Made by a program: the position numbers and the translations under genes
Notes under the pieces: model-generated
What the model saw: only the letters and a program-made list of their open reading frames with translations
The model's database searches: none
What the model was told of the DNA's origin: nothing
NCBI GenBank assembly: GCA_964410375.1
Contig: CAYPHR010000001.1
Span: 1-46,774, forward strand
Source of the DNA: an uncultured Anaerolinea sp.
Lineage (GTDB): Bacteria > Chloroflexota > Anaerolineae > Anaerolineales > Villigracilaceae
Length of the DNA stretch: 46,774 nucleotides
Reading direction: 5' to 3'
Shown: positions 27,337 to 36,589 of the stretch, in pieces
How the letters are laid out: each line of letters begins with the position of its first letter
Position numbering within the stretch: position 1 is the first letter of the stretch

Positions 27337-28226
27337 TGCCGTCCCAAACCGACACACTCACCCGCATCAACCTCGACGACCTCGTTTCATCGTTCGGATG
27401 GGAAGGCTATCCACTGCTCGCATCCGTACTGCGCCGCCTTTTTGCGCGGCCTGCGCGAAAATTCGCAAACCAGATGGTCGAATTCGATACGCTCGTCGGC
27501 AGGGTCGGTCTTGCTGAAGCGTCACGCAGGATCCTTCAAAAGAATTACGTGCGCGATGTACGCGTGCATGGGCGTGAAAATGTTCCGGCGGATGGTCCCA
27601 TGCTTTTTCTCTCGAATCACCCCGGCATGTCGGATACCCTGTGCCTTTTCTCCGCCATCAACCGCACCGACCTGCGCATCATCGCCATCCACCGTCCGTT
27701 CCTTGAGGCGTTAAGAAACACGACCAACCAGCTTTTTTTCATCGATGAAGAACCCGCAAAACGCATGAACGCCGTGCGGCAGGTCGCGGCGCATTTGAAG
27801 AACGGCGGCGCGGCGTTGACATTCCCTGCCGGGGAGATCGAACCAGACCCTGATGTCTATGATGGCGCATTGGACTCGCTCGGTAACTGGACAGACTCTG
27901 CCGGAGTGTTCATCCGCTTCGCACGGGACACGAAAATTGTTCCTGTTCTCGTAAGCAGTGTCGTCTGGGACAGAACCGCCCGCCATCCGCTGACGCGACT
28001 AAAGCGTACACGCACCGAGCGGGAAAAACTTGCCGCCGCTTTGCAGATCCTGATCGTGATCACGCAAAACGCCAAGCCGAATACGGTCCATGTCCGTTTT
28101 GCGGAACCGATCACGCTTGAAGAGACAGGTTCCACCGCATCCCAAGACATTCATACATTTGTAATTGACAAAATGCGCGGATTGATCCAGAACAAGCCCA
28201 AGGACGAAGGAATTTCAGCGTTGTGA
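27336..28226 (+). CDS. Glycerolipid acyltransferase (PlsC/LPLAT superfamily)
   Basis: SNHPGMSD (HX4D) and FPAG motifs. Confidence 0.8.
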   Translation: MPSQTDTLTRINLDDLVSSFGWEGYPLLASVLRRLFARPARKFANQMVEFDTLVGRVGLAEASRRILQKNYVRDVRVHGRENVPADGPMLFLSNHPGMSDTLCLFSAINRTDLRIIAIHRPFLEALRNTTNQLFFIDEEPAKRMNAVRQVAAHLKNGGAALTFPAGEIEPDPDVYDGALDSLGNWTDSAGVFIRFARDTKIVPVLVSSVVWDRTARHPLTRLKRTRTEREKLAAALQILIVITQNAKPNTVHVRFAEPITLEETGSTASQDIHTFVIDKMRGLIQNKPKDEGISAL

Positions 28227-29266
28227 GCGAATCGCCATCCTCTACGCCATTTCCGCGCGAAGAAGGGAGCATAAAAAGAAACTTCCTTCGCGCTTTATGG
28301 TTCTTAATCCTTGTCGCATTGCTTTATTTTTCCCTGCGCAATGCACCGTTCACCGAGATCTGGGAAGCGCTCAAAGGATTGCGTCTGTGGCAGATCGGAC
28401 TCATCCTGCTCATTAATGCCCTTGTCATCTGCCTTATGACAGCGCGTTGGTGGCTCATCCTACGCGCGGAAAATCCATCCCTGCCGTTTCTGCCGCTAGT
28501 TGGATATCGCCTTGCGGTGTTTGGACTGAGTTACTTCACACCCGGTCCGCAGGTTGGCGGGGAACCTTTGCAAGTGTTGTATCTCCAGCGCAATCACGGG
28601 TTGACATTCGCCCGCGCAACCTCCGCTGTTATTATGGACAAACTGTTGGAGTTTCTGGTCAATTTCATCTTGATCGGAATCGGCGCGTGGGCGATCATCA
28701 GGGTGGGATTAATTCCAGAAAGCGGGATCAGGCTCAACCTGAGTCTGATCGGGCTGGCGATCCTGCTGATTGGTCCCGTCGTGCATATCATCCTGCTATA
28801 CAACGGAATCATGCCCATTTCCAGAATCCTGCTCCGTCAGCCGTTCATCAAGCCCGAGAACAAAAGCGTGCGGCTGGTCATCGTCGCCGAGCGGATGGCA
28901 TCCGTGTTTTGCCAAAAGCATGTGCGCGTGATGTTCCTTGCGATTGGCGCGTCACTGCTGGCGGTACTGGGAATCGCCGCGGAGTATTATTTGATGGTGA
29001 GGTTTTTAGGAATGCAGATCAACGCAGTACAGGTATTCGCCGCGCTGACCGCGATGCAGGTGGCGTTCCTGATGCCCCTGCCTGGCGGACTTGGCGCGCT
29101 GGAAGCCAGCCAGGTGTTTGCGCTCGGCGCATTCGGACAGCCAGCGTCCGCGGCGATCAGTTTGACATTATTGATGCGGGCACGCGACATTTTGAACGGG
29201 GGCATTGGTCTGTTGCTCGCGGGGCGCGGATTCAAACCACAGATGAACACGGATGAACACAGATGA
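28223..29266 (+). CDS. Lysylphosphatidylglycerol synthase TM-domain / flippase-like protein (UPF0104)
   Basis: RWWLIL, FTPG..GGEP, D(K)LLE, PGGLGALE; multi-TM. Confidence 0.82.
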   Translation: MSESPSSTPFPREEGSIKRNFLRALWFLILVALLYFSLRNAPFTEIWEALKGLRLWQIGLILLINALVICLMTARWWLILRAENPSLPFLPLVGYRLAVFGLSYFTPGPQVGGEPLQVLYLQRNHGLTFARATSAVIMDKLLEFLVNFILIGIGAWAIIRVGLIPESGIRLNLSLIGLAILLIGPVVHIILLYNGIMPISRILLRQPFIKPENKSVRLVIVAERMASVFCQKHVRVMFLAIGASLLAVLGIAAEYYLMVRFLGMQINAVQVFAALTAMQVAFLMPLPGGLGALEASQVFALGAFGQPASAAISLTLLMRARDILNGGIGLLLAGRGFKPQMNTDEHR

Positions 29267-29267
29267 G
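29238..29267 (+). repeat. Three tandem decamers cac(a/g)gatgaa
   Basis: cacagatgaa-cacggatgaa-cacagatgag spanning the ATGA gene junction. Confidence 0.7.
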
Positions 29268-30153
29268 TATGGAGTATTCTTTCCCCCGTTACCTGCTCTC
29301 CAAACAAAGCGCGGACGACCGGGCGCTCAACAAAGATGTATTGAACGCATTGAGAACACACCTGCCGCAGAAACCGCTTCGCATCATCGAAGTCGGCGGG
29401 GGGATCGGGACGATGATCAAGCGGCTGGTAAGTTGGGAGGTTATCTGCAAGGCGGAGTATGTGCTGGTGGACGAGATGTCCGAGAACATCGAATATGCAT
29501 CAGGTTGGATCCCGCAATGGGCAGAAGAGACAGGTTTGAGCGTGGAGCGAAGCGCGGAGAGTCAAATTCGGGTGTTCGATTCGACTCGCGACATCCGTAT
29601 CCAATTGGAACGGGCAGACGTCTTCGATTTCATCCAAAACAACAAAACGCCCGCCGATCTGTTGATCGCGCACGCGTTTTTGGATTTATTGCCGATGCCC
29701 AAAAGTTTAACAAAACTTCTCGCCCTGACGAACGGGCTGGCATGGCTGACGTTGAACTTCGATGGTGTGACAACCTTGGAGCCGTTAATCAATATCGCAT
29801 TGGATGAACATATCGAACGACTGTATCACAAGACGATGGACGAACGCCACACGGGCGGAAGCAGTAAAAGCGGGCGATATTTGTTTTCGCATTTGCAACA
29901 TGCTGGCGCGGAAATCCTTGCGGCGGGGGCGTCGGATTGGGTGGTGTATGGCGCGGATGGAACGTACCCGCAGGATGAAGCGTACTTTTTACATTTCATC
30001 CTGCATTTTTTTGAAGAGTCGTTAAAGGGGAATAAAGAATTGGACGAAAAGATTTTTGCCGACTGGCTGCGAAAAAGACACAAGCAGATCGAGCGCGGCG
30101 AGTTGACCTACGTCGCACATCAGCTGGATTTTTTAGTAAAGAAGAGTTTGTAG
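29263..30153 (+). CDS. Class I SAM-dependent methyltransferase
   Basis: IIEVGGGIG motif I, DLLIAHAFLDL. Confidence 0.8.
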   Translation: MSMEYSFPRYLLSKQSADDRALNKDVLNALRTHLPQKPLRIIEVGGGIGTMIKRLVSWEVICKAEYVLVDEMSENIEYASGWIPQWAEETGLSVERSAESQIRVFDSTRDIRIQLERADVFDFIQNNKTPADLLIAHAFLDLLPMPKSLTKLLALTNGLAWLTLNFDGVTTLEPLINIALDEHIERLYHKTMDERHTGGSSKSGRYLFSHLQHAGAEILAAGASDWVVYGADGTYPQDEAYFLHFILHFFEESLKGNKELDEKIFADWLRKRHKQIERGELTYVAHQLDFLVKKSL

Positions 30154-30218
30154 GGCGTTTTTTTCAACCCGCCACTTTTTCGATTAATGGAAATCGTCAG
30201 GCTACAAGCCTGACCTAC
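30150..30218. repeat. Inward-facing GTAG REP-like pair
   Basis: gtagggcg..cgcc at the left; gtcaggctacaagcctgacctac (GTAG on minus strand) at 30196-30218. Confidence 0.5.
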
Positions 30219-30221
30219 GGA

Positions 30222-31463
30222 TTAATCCGCGGGTGCACCAGCCAACATGGGTTCGTCGCCGTTGTACTTCGTCAGGTGGGGCCATTTCCAGGCGATGGCG
30301 ATCGTGCCGATGATACAGCCGATTCCCCCGCTGATGATGGCATACGGCGCACCGAACAACTGTGCGAGAACGCCAGCGCGAATCTCACCGAGTTGCGGTC
30401 CGCCCTGGAAGAACAACTGGTTCACACTGGTCATCCGTCCGCGGACATGATCGGGGGTTTGCAACTGTCGAATCGTGTTGCGGATGATCGTACTGACCCC
30501 ATCCGCTGCACCTGTGACGGCAATCGCCAGCCAGGCGATGATGAACGAGCGCGTCGCGCCAAAGATGACCGTCGCCAAGCCAAAGACGATCACCGAGCCG
30601 AGAAAGATCTGTCCCTGCCTGCGAATCTCCTTGACCTGTGAGATAACAAGCGCGATCAACACCGCTCCGACGGCTGGCGCGGCGGAGATATAACCATATT
30701 CCACCACGCTGACGTTCAGCACCTCCCTTGCAATGATGGGCATGAGCGTGTGCGCCGACGCAAAGAACGTGGCGACAAAATCCAAGAGCATGGTTGAAAA
30801 GATGATCGGCTTGCTGAAGATGAACCTGAATCCCTCACGGATGGCTGCGACGCTCACCCCCGCCGCTTTCTCCGCGAATGCTTGCGGCACATGCCCGATC
30901 AGGATCAACGCTGCGATCACAGCAACGAACGAAATGCTGTTGATATAGTACACCGCTTCCTGCCCGAAGGCGGCGATCACGATACCGCTCAGCGCGGGTC
31001 CCAGCACCGAGCCGACCTGCGCCGCCGTGAACGTCATGCTGAACGCATTGGGCAGATCCTTTTTTGGCAGCAGGTTGGGAACCAACGCCTGACGCGACGG
31101 CGCATCGAAGGCAACGGTCACTGCCTGTAACGCAGTGATGACGTAAATGTGCCAGATGGTGATACTGCCAAATTGGGTCAGCAAGCCCAAGGTCAGCGCA
31201 AGAAGCGCGGCGGCAGATTGCGTCACGAACAACACCTTGCGCCTGTCCACCGAATCCGCGAGCGCGCCGCCGATCAACGAAAAAATGATGATGGGCAGAA
31301 TCCGCGCAACGCCAATGCCGCCGAGCGCGATCGGGTTCGGGTTTAACTGGTTGATGTGCCAAAAGATCGCCCAGAGCTGCATCTGCGCACCAGTGACGGA
31401 GATCAGTTGCCCGAGCCAGAGATAGAAGAATTTTTTGTGTTTCAGGGATGGAGGGATGTGCAT
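30222..31463 (-). CDS. MFS transporter (MFS_3/EntS-like)
   Basis: About 12 TM segments; GGALADSVDRRK motif A; TPDHVRGR. Confidence 0.9.
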   Translation of the reverse strand: MHIPPSLKHKKFFYLWLGQLISVTGAQMQLWAIFWHINQLNPNPIALGGIGVARILPIIIFSLIGGALADSVDRRKVLFVTQSAAALLALTLGLLTQFGSITIWHIYVITALQAVTVAFDAPSRQALVPNLLPKKDLPNAFSMTFTAAQVGSVLGPALSGIVIAAFGQEAVYYINSISFVAVIAALILIGHVPQAFAEKAAGVSVAAIREGFRFIFSKPIIFSTMLLDFVATFFASAHTLMPIIAREVLNVSVVEYGYISAAPAVGAVLIALVISQVKEIRRQGQIFLGSVIVFGLATVIFGATRSFIIAWLAIAVTGAADGVSTIIRNTIRQLQTPDHVRGRMTSVNQLFFQGGPQLGEIRAGVLAQLFGAPYAIISGGIGCIIGTIAIAWKWPHLTKYNGDEPMLAGAPAD

Positions 31464-31470
31464 ATATGAA

Positions 31471-31540
31471 TGTCGGGTGTCAGGTGTTAGGTGTCAGGTC
31501 AGGCGCGACACGTGATACGTGACACTTCGCACCTGACACT
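31471..31540. repeat. Inverted arrays of 7-bp tandem repeats
   Basis: tgtcggg-tgtcagg-tgttagg-tgtcagg, then cacgtga-tacgtga-cacttcg-cacctga-cac. Confidence 0.65.
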
Positions 31541-31543
31541 TTT

Positions 31544-32371
31544 TTACGTTCCCCAATCACGGAGATAGAGAAAGTCATATCCGACCGTGCGGTTGCTGAC
31601 CTTGGCAATCGGCGGCAACATGCGCTTGAATTGATTGCGGCGGATGCGTGCGGTGACAGTGTTGACGAAGGCTTCATCAAATCCCGCCTCAACCGCCTCC
31701 TGTGGACTGTAACGCTGGTCAACGAGCAGATAGAGGAGTTTGTCTACTTCTTCGTAGGTGAAGCCAAGTTCCTTTTCGTCGGTCTGGTCTTCCCACAGAT
31801 CCGCGGACGGCGGCTTGTCAATGATCGGCGCAGGGATGTTCATGGCGCGTGACAGTTGCCGCACTTGCGTCTTATACAGATCGCCAATGGGATTGATGGC
31901 GCAAGCCGCGTCGCCATAAATGGTACTGTAGCCAAGCAAGATCTCGGTCTTGTTGCTCGTTCCGACTGGCAATGCTTTGAAGGCTTCCGACTGGTCATAT
32001 AACACGATCATGCGCTCGCGCGCCATGACATTGCCCTTGCGAACCTTCGACATCTCAGGGTCAAGTTTGAAGAGCGGCTCGACCATATCCGTGATCTCGA
32101 TGGTTTTACTTTGTATGCCGAGTTGGTCAATGAGCAATTGCGCGTGTTCCAGCGAATCAGGGGATGATGCGCGGTAGGGTAATCGCAATGCCACCACATT
32201 TTCCGCGCCTAAGGCTTCCACGGCAAGCACGCACGAAAGCGCGGAATCCAAACCGCCAGATAGGTTGATAATAGCGCGGGACATTCCCACCCGCGTAATT
32301 TCGGATTTGATGAATCCAGCGAGAATGTCACGGGCGAGATTGGTGTTGAGTGTGAGGTTGATATCAGCCAC
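31544..32371 (-). CDS. nadE: NAD+ synthetase (synthetase subunit)
   Basis: LSGGLDSA, N.MARERM, GTSNKTE, PSADLW..QTDE; GTG start at 32371 overlapping the upstream stop. Confidence 0.93.
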   Translation of the reverse strand: MADINLTLNTNLARDILAGFIKSEITRVGMSRAIINLSGGLDSALSCVLAVEALGAENVVALRLPYRASSPDSLEHAQLLIDQLGIQSKTIEITDMVEPLFKLDPEMSKVRKGNVMARERMIVLYDQSEAFKALPVGTSNKTEILLGYSTIYGDAACAINPIGDLYKTQVRQLSRAMNIPAPIIDKPPSADLWEDQTDEKELGFTYEEVDKLLYLLVDQRYSPQEAVEAGFDEAFVNTVTARIRRNQFKRMLPPIAKVSNRTVGYDFLYLRDWGT

Positions 32372-33215
32372 GGGACAAAATCCTATCCAATTCCTTTTGG
32401 ACAAGCGCAGTCCGCTCATCGCGCAGCAAAGGCAGACGTGCGCGGGTACGACGGAGTTGGTTCAAATCCAATTCGGCGTAGGTGATGGTTTCTTCGTTGT
32501 AGGGACCATGTGCCAGTTCCTCCCCATTTGGGTCGAAAACCGTCGCGCCGCCCCAAAAGTGAAGTCCATCTTCATAACCAACACGGTTGGCGTGCGCCAC
32601 AAAGGATGTGAACATGCTGGCGTACGCTTTGTTCACCCGTTCCACCCAGCGTGCGGATTCGAGCTTCTCGTGATCGTTCAGTCCGCGCCCGGGCGAGGCG
32701 GAGGAGAAGAGCAAAATATCCGCGCCATCAAGCCAGAGCAGGTATGGAGGCGAGGCGTGCCAGAAGTCTTCGCAGATCAACATGCCGATGCGTCCGAAGC
32801 GCGTGTCAAATGCGCGGACGGAGTCGCCCCAGGCGAAGAAGCGACCTTCGTCAAACAATCCATAGGTTGGTAGATACACCTTGTGATGAACATGCAAGAC
32901 TCTCCCACCTGAAAGATAGGCGGAGGCGATGTAAAAGCGGTGACGGGAGTCTTCATCCACAAAGCCGACCATCAGGTCAAGATCGCGGGAGGCGGCGAGG
33001 AGCGGCTTGAAGATCGGGTCATCCTCTGTCGGCTTGCGGGCAACCGAGGCGACCAAATCCTGCAGGACGTATCCGGTTAAAGAGAGCTCAGGGAAAATCA
33101 GCAGATCTGCTTTTTGGGTTTTGGCTTGTTCGATGTAATCCAGGTGTTTGGCAAGGTTGGCTTCAACGCCGCCAAGTTTGGTATTGATCTGCGCGAGGGC
33201 AAGGTTGAGTTTCAT
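32364..33215 (-). CDS. Carbon-nitrogen hydrolase, probable glutaminase partner of NadE
   Basis: FPELSLTGY (E), HKVYLPTYGLFDE (K), ICEDFW (C) triad; overlaps nadE. Confidence 0.87.
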   Translation of the reverse strand: MKLNLALAQINTKLGGVEANLAKHLDYIEQAKTQKADLLIFPELSLTGYVLQDLVASVARKPTEDDPIFKPLLAASRDLDLMVGFVDEDSRHRFYIASAYLSGGRVLHVHHKVYLPTYGLFDEGRFFAWGDSVRAFDTRFGRIGMLICEDFWHASPPYLLWLDGADILLFSSASPGRGLNDHEKLESARWVERVNKAYASMFTSFVAHANRVGYEDGLHFWGGATVFDPNGEELAHGPYNEETITYAELDLNQLRRTRARLPLLRDERTALVQKELDRILSRG

Positions 33216-33240
33216 CGATGCAAATCTTACCACTAAAAAT

Positions 33241-33273
33241 AAGACCACAAAGGGTTCGGACCTTTGCGGTCTT
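33241..33273. terminator. Hairpin downstream of the small membrane gene
   Basis: aagaccacaaagg / cctttgcggtctt. Confidence 0.5.
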
Positions 33274-33291
33274 TGGCGTAGCAGGGAATGA

Positions 33292-33681
33292 TCAACCCTC
33301 TTCGGCTTTGCCGAATAATCCCCGCTTGTCGAACCACGGCTTGAGGATCAGGTACGCACCGAGGACAATGAGCAGGAGCGCGCCGCCGAGATCGAACTTG
33401 AAGATCATCTGGGCGAGTCCGCCGACGAGGGCGAGGATGCCGAGGAAGGTGGTGAATCCGCTCATGCGCAGGCCACTGAAGTAGCGCGCCGCGTTCAAAC
33501 CGAGGAAAATCAGGCCGATGCCGACGTCCCAGATTCCATCGGGAAGGTTGACATTTTTCAGCAGGAATTGCCCGCCGAGCATAATGAGGAAAAGCCCCCA
33601 GAAGACGGTTTCAAGACGCTTGTTGAGAGCGGCTTTTTCAGGGTCTTTGACAGATATGGGTTTGGAAGTTTGTTCGGACAT
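33292..33681 (-). CDS. Small multi-pass membrane protein (about 4 TM), unknown function
   Basis: aaggag SD before MSEQTSK at 33681; hydrophobic WGLFLIMLGG.. helices. Confidence 0.75.
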   Translation of the reverse strand: MSEQTSKPISVKDPEKAALNKRLETVFWGLFLIMLGGQFLLKNVNLPDGIWDVGIGLIFLGLNAARYFSGLRMSGFTTFLGILALVGGLAQMIFKFDLGGALLLIVLGAYLILKPWFDKRGLFGKAEEG

Positions 33682-33877
33682 TTTGATTCTCCTTTTAATC
33701 TGAACATTGATTCCACATACACAATCGAGATACAGGGGGTGTACTCCTAATGAATTCATTTATAGTGTACAGCGATATGTGTCCAGATTCAATCGAAAAA
33801 AAGCGCGCCCTTGTGGACGCGTTTTCCTTGGCAAAGATGGGGTAAGCATCCCTTCAATGTGGGCGTCCGGTGGAAAG

Positions 33878-33906
33878 AAAAAACCCGACCAAGAAAGATC
33901 GGGTTT
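33878..33906 (-). terminator. Terminator downstream of tRNA-Ser
   Basis: aaacccga / tcgggttt stem with U-tract on the minus strand. Confidence 0.65.
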
Positions 33907-33909
33907 CAG

Positions 33910-33996
33910 CGGAGAGGGAGGGATTCGAACCCTCGGTGGACCGGAGCCCACAACGGTTTTCGAGACCGTCCCATTCAACCACTCTGGCACCTCTCC
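33910..33996 (-). tRNA. tRNA-Ser(CGA), 87 nt, long variable arm, CCA not encoded
   Basis: GGAGAGG acceptor stem, AGTGGTTGAA D-loop, ACGGT-CTCGAAA-ACCGT anticodon arm, GGTTCGAATCC T-arm, discriminator G. Confidence 0.95.
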
Positions 33997-34033
33997 AATA
34001 TTTGAAGCGGGCGAAATTATACCTGAAAAAATC

Positions 34034-35428
34034 CTACAAATTCACACTTTCATGCAAAGCTGGATAATGTACCTGATCCATTTTCTGCTCTTTGAGCAAA
34101 TCCTTCAGCGTTCGAGCCTGTTTTTCTTCGCCATGCACCAAAAAGATCTGTTTCACGCCGCCTTTCACTCCCAGCGCGTATTTGACCAGCAGATCCTGTC
34201 CGGCATGACCGGACAGCCCGCCGATCGTGGCGATGTCACATTTACGCTTGTAGATCTCGCCATAGATGCGCACCTCCTCTTCCCGGTCCGCCAACCGGCG
34301 ACCAAGCGTATATGGCGCCTGCCATGAAACGATGCAGATCGTATTCTGCGGATTCTCAATATTGTTCTTAATGTGATGCAGGATGCGCCCCGATTCCGCC
34401 ATCCCAGAAGCGGAAATGATGACCATTGGGTCGGTGCGTTCGTTCAAAGCTTTGGACTCATCCACAGAGCGGGTATAGGTCAGCATTTTGAAATCCAACG
34501 CAGGGTGGCGCGCTTCCACTACAAATTTGGCGGTCTCCTCATCGAAACACTCCAAATGACGCTTGAATACATCCGTCGCATTCACCGCCAACGGACTATC
34601 TACATACACCGGCACACGCGGCACATCGCCATTGTGCATCATCTGGTTCAGGTTATAAACCAATTCCTGCGTGCGTCCCACCGCAAAGGCAGGGACGATC
34701 ACCTTGCCGCCGCGTTCCACCGTCCGCTTGACCACGTCCCGGAATTCAAGGAATGCCAGTTCGGGACGGTCGTGCTTTTTGTCCCCATAGGTTGATTCCA
34801 TGATCATATAGTCCGCTTCAGTGGGAAGGACCGGGTCACGCAAAAGCGGCAGATGATACCGACCAATATCCCCCGAAAACCAGAAGCGGATCTTCCTCCC
34901 CTTTTCCTCAATCTCCAGCGAAACGCTTGCAGAACCGAGGATATGTCCCGCCTCGTGGAAACGTGCAACTACACCGGGGATCGGCTCGAACGCCTCTTCA
35001 TAATCTTTGCCCGCGAACATATCGGCGACCGCTTCCGCATCTTCCTTGGTATACAACGGCTCAATGGGCGGCTCGCCACGCTCGGCGCGTTTCTTATTCA
35101 CAAATTGCGCATCCGATTCCTGGATATGACCCGAGTCCGCCAACATGATGCTGGACAGATCCGCCGTCGCATGGGTCGCATAAATGGGTCCCGCATACCC
35201 CTGCTTCACCAAATTCGGAAGATTGCCCGAATGGTCAATATGCGCATGGGAAAGGATCACCGCATCCACATTGCTCGGCTGATACCGGAAATGCAAATTC
35301 CGTTCATAGGTTTCCGCACGCCTGCCCTGATATAAACCGCAATCCAGCAGGAGTTTTTTTCCGTTGATCTCCAGCAAATGCTGGCTGCCCGTTACTGTGT
35401 GTGCCGCACCGTGAAAATTAACTCGCAT
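34034..35428 (-). CDS. MBL-fold beta-CASP ribonuclease (YSH1-like)
   Basis: VTGS, SHAHIDHSG, AGHILGS, SGDIG, FAVGRTQE, SGHAG, LVHGE. Confidence 0.92.
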   Translation of the reverse strand: MRVNFHGAAHTVTGSQHLLEINGKKLLLDCGLYQGRRAETYERNLHFRYQPSNVDAVILSHAHIDHSGNLPNLVKQGYAGPIYATHATADLSSIMLADSGHIQESDAQFVNKKRAERGEPPIEPLYTKEDAEAVADMFAGKDYEEAFEPIPGVVARFHEAGHILGSASVSLEIEEKGRKIRFWFSGDIGRYHLPLLRDPVLPTEADYMIMESTYGDKKHDRPELAFLEFRDVVKRTVERGGKVIVPAFAVGRTQELVYNLNQMMHNGDVPRVPVYVDSPLAVNATDVFKRHLECFDEETAKFVVEARHPALDFKMLTYTRSVDESKALNERTDPMVIISASGMAESGRILHHIKNNIENPQNTICIVSWQAPYTLGRRLADREEEVRIYGEIYKRKCDIATIGGLSGHAGQDLLVKYALGVKGGVKQIFLVHGEEKQARTLKDLLKEQKMDQVHYPALHESVNL

Positions 35429-36554
35429 GTCTCACTCCAAGTACCTTCAAAATCTGCGCGCCAAATTTTTCGAAACGCGAGGGCGAATCCTTCATCAAGA
35501 TTCTCAATTCATCCAAATCCTTTGGCTGATTTTCAGCCAGCACCGCCAGATACGGCTTCGGCAGGATGATATCCGACTCGACCTTCAATTCAAGCCCTAG
35601 ATCTTTCCGCCACGCCTTCAATTTCTCCAACCGACGGAGAACCGCATCATTCTTACGTTCAACCTGTTTACGCTCCACAAGCGGAGCCTCCATCCCGCGC
35701 CGAACCGCTCCAAGGATCAGATCCCCCCACAAGCGGATCTGTTTCTCGCTCAATCCCGCCGCAGAGAGATCCACCTTTTTCTCCGGCGGGTTCTTCGACA
35801 TCAAAACGAACACGTCATCCATAACCACTTTATAAGGCGGACGGTTCAACTTCTCCGCCTCCTTATCGCGCCATTTGCACAGATGGGACAGGATTGTCAA
35901 TTCGCGCAGGGATAAGTCTTTACGTCCTGCAAACCGCTCCCAACTATCCCCATTCGTTCTTTGCTTTGCTTCTTCAACCTGACAGGCGCGTGAGAAATCC
36001 TCCAGCGCAAAATCCAAACGTTCCTTTTCACATAATTCCTGCTCGAGCGCATCGCGCAGATCGAAGAGATAATGAGTATCCAGCCGGGCATAGTGGATCT
36101 GTTCCTTCGTCAAAGGGCGCGCCGCCCAATTCGCCTTCTGGTGGCGTTTGTCCATTTTTATGCCGAATTTATCGCCGAGCAATCGATCCAAACCGACGGC
36201 GGGATATCCCAACACACGCGCGGCTTGCATCGTGTCGAACAGAGTGGCAAAGGCAAAACCAAAATCACGCCGCAGGCAGATCAGATCATATTCCGCGGCA
36301 TGGAAGATCTTCTCAATATTTGCATTAGAAAAAATGGGAGCCAGGCTGCTAAGATCTTCCAAAGCGAGCGGGTCAACAAGATAATCCGCTTTGGGGGTGG
36401 AAAATTGCAACAAACAGACTTGTTCGCGAAACGCATGCAAACTATTGGATTCGGTGTCCACTGCCACGCGGCTCTGCGCGGACAGATCATCCACCATTTG
36501 TTTTAATAATTTCGTCGTATGTACCCAAACGGGCGGCGGCAAAACGTCAGACAT
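35418..36554 (-). CDS. rnd: Ribonuclease D (DEDDy exonuclease with HRDC domains)
   Basis: AVDTE, FHAAEYD, LFDT, YARLD; C-terminal HRDC-like WRD..A..LN.PP and WRK segments. Confidence 0.87.
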   Translation of the reverse strand: MSDVLPPPVWVHTTKLLKQMVDDLSAQSRVAVDTESNSLHAFREQVCLLQFSTPKADYLVDPLALEDLSSLAPIFSNANIEKIFHAAEYDLICLRRDFGFAFATLFDTMQAARVLGYPAVGLDRLLGDKFGIKMDKRHQKANWAARPLTKEQIHYARLDTHYLFDLRDALEQELCEKERLDFALEDFSRACQVEEAKQRTNGDSWERFAGRKDLSLRELTILSHLCKWRDKEAEKLNRPPYKVVMDDVFVLMSKNPPEKKVDLSAAGLSEKQIRLWGDLILGAVRRGMEAPLVERKQVERKNDAVLRRLEKLKAWRKDLGLELKVESDIILPKPYLAVLAENQPKDLDELRILMKDSPSRFEKFGAQILKVLGVRHAS

Positions 36555-36589
36555 ATTGACCGATTATAAACCCCTATTGCGTCGAAATT

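Noticed and set aside
28223-28270. N-terminal SPSSTPFPREEG of the flippase-like protein as another repeat-derived insert
   Set aside because: Too degenerate, and no second copy in the window to support it
33826-33877. Possible small ncRNA between two terminator-like hairpins downstream of the tRNA
   Set aside because: No recognisable family features or promoter; would need an Rfam/Infernal search
33292-33910. Genomic island integrated at tRNA-Ser
   Set aside because: No integrase and no duplicated tRNA 3' end found; only a second hairpin (about 33797-33825) and one membrane gene lie downstream
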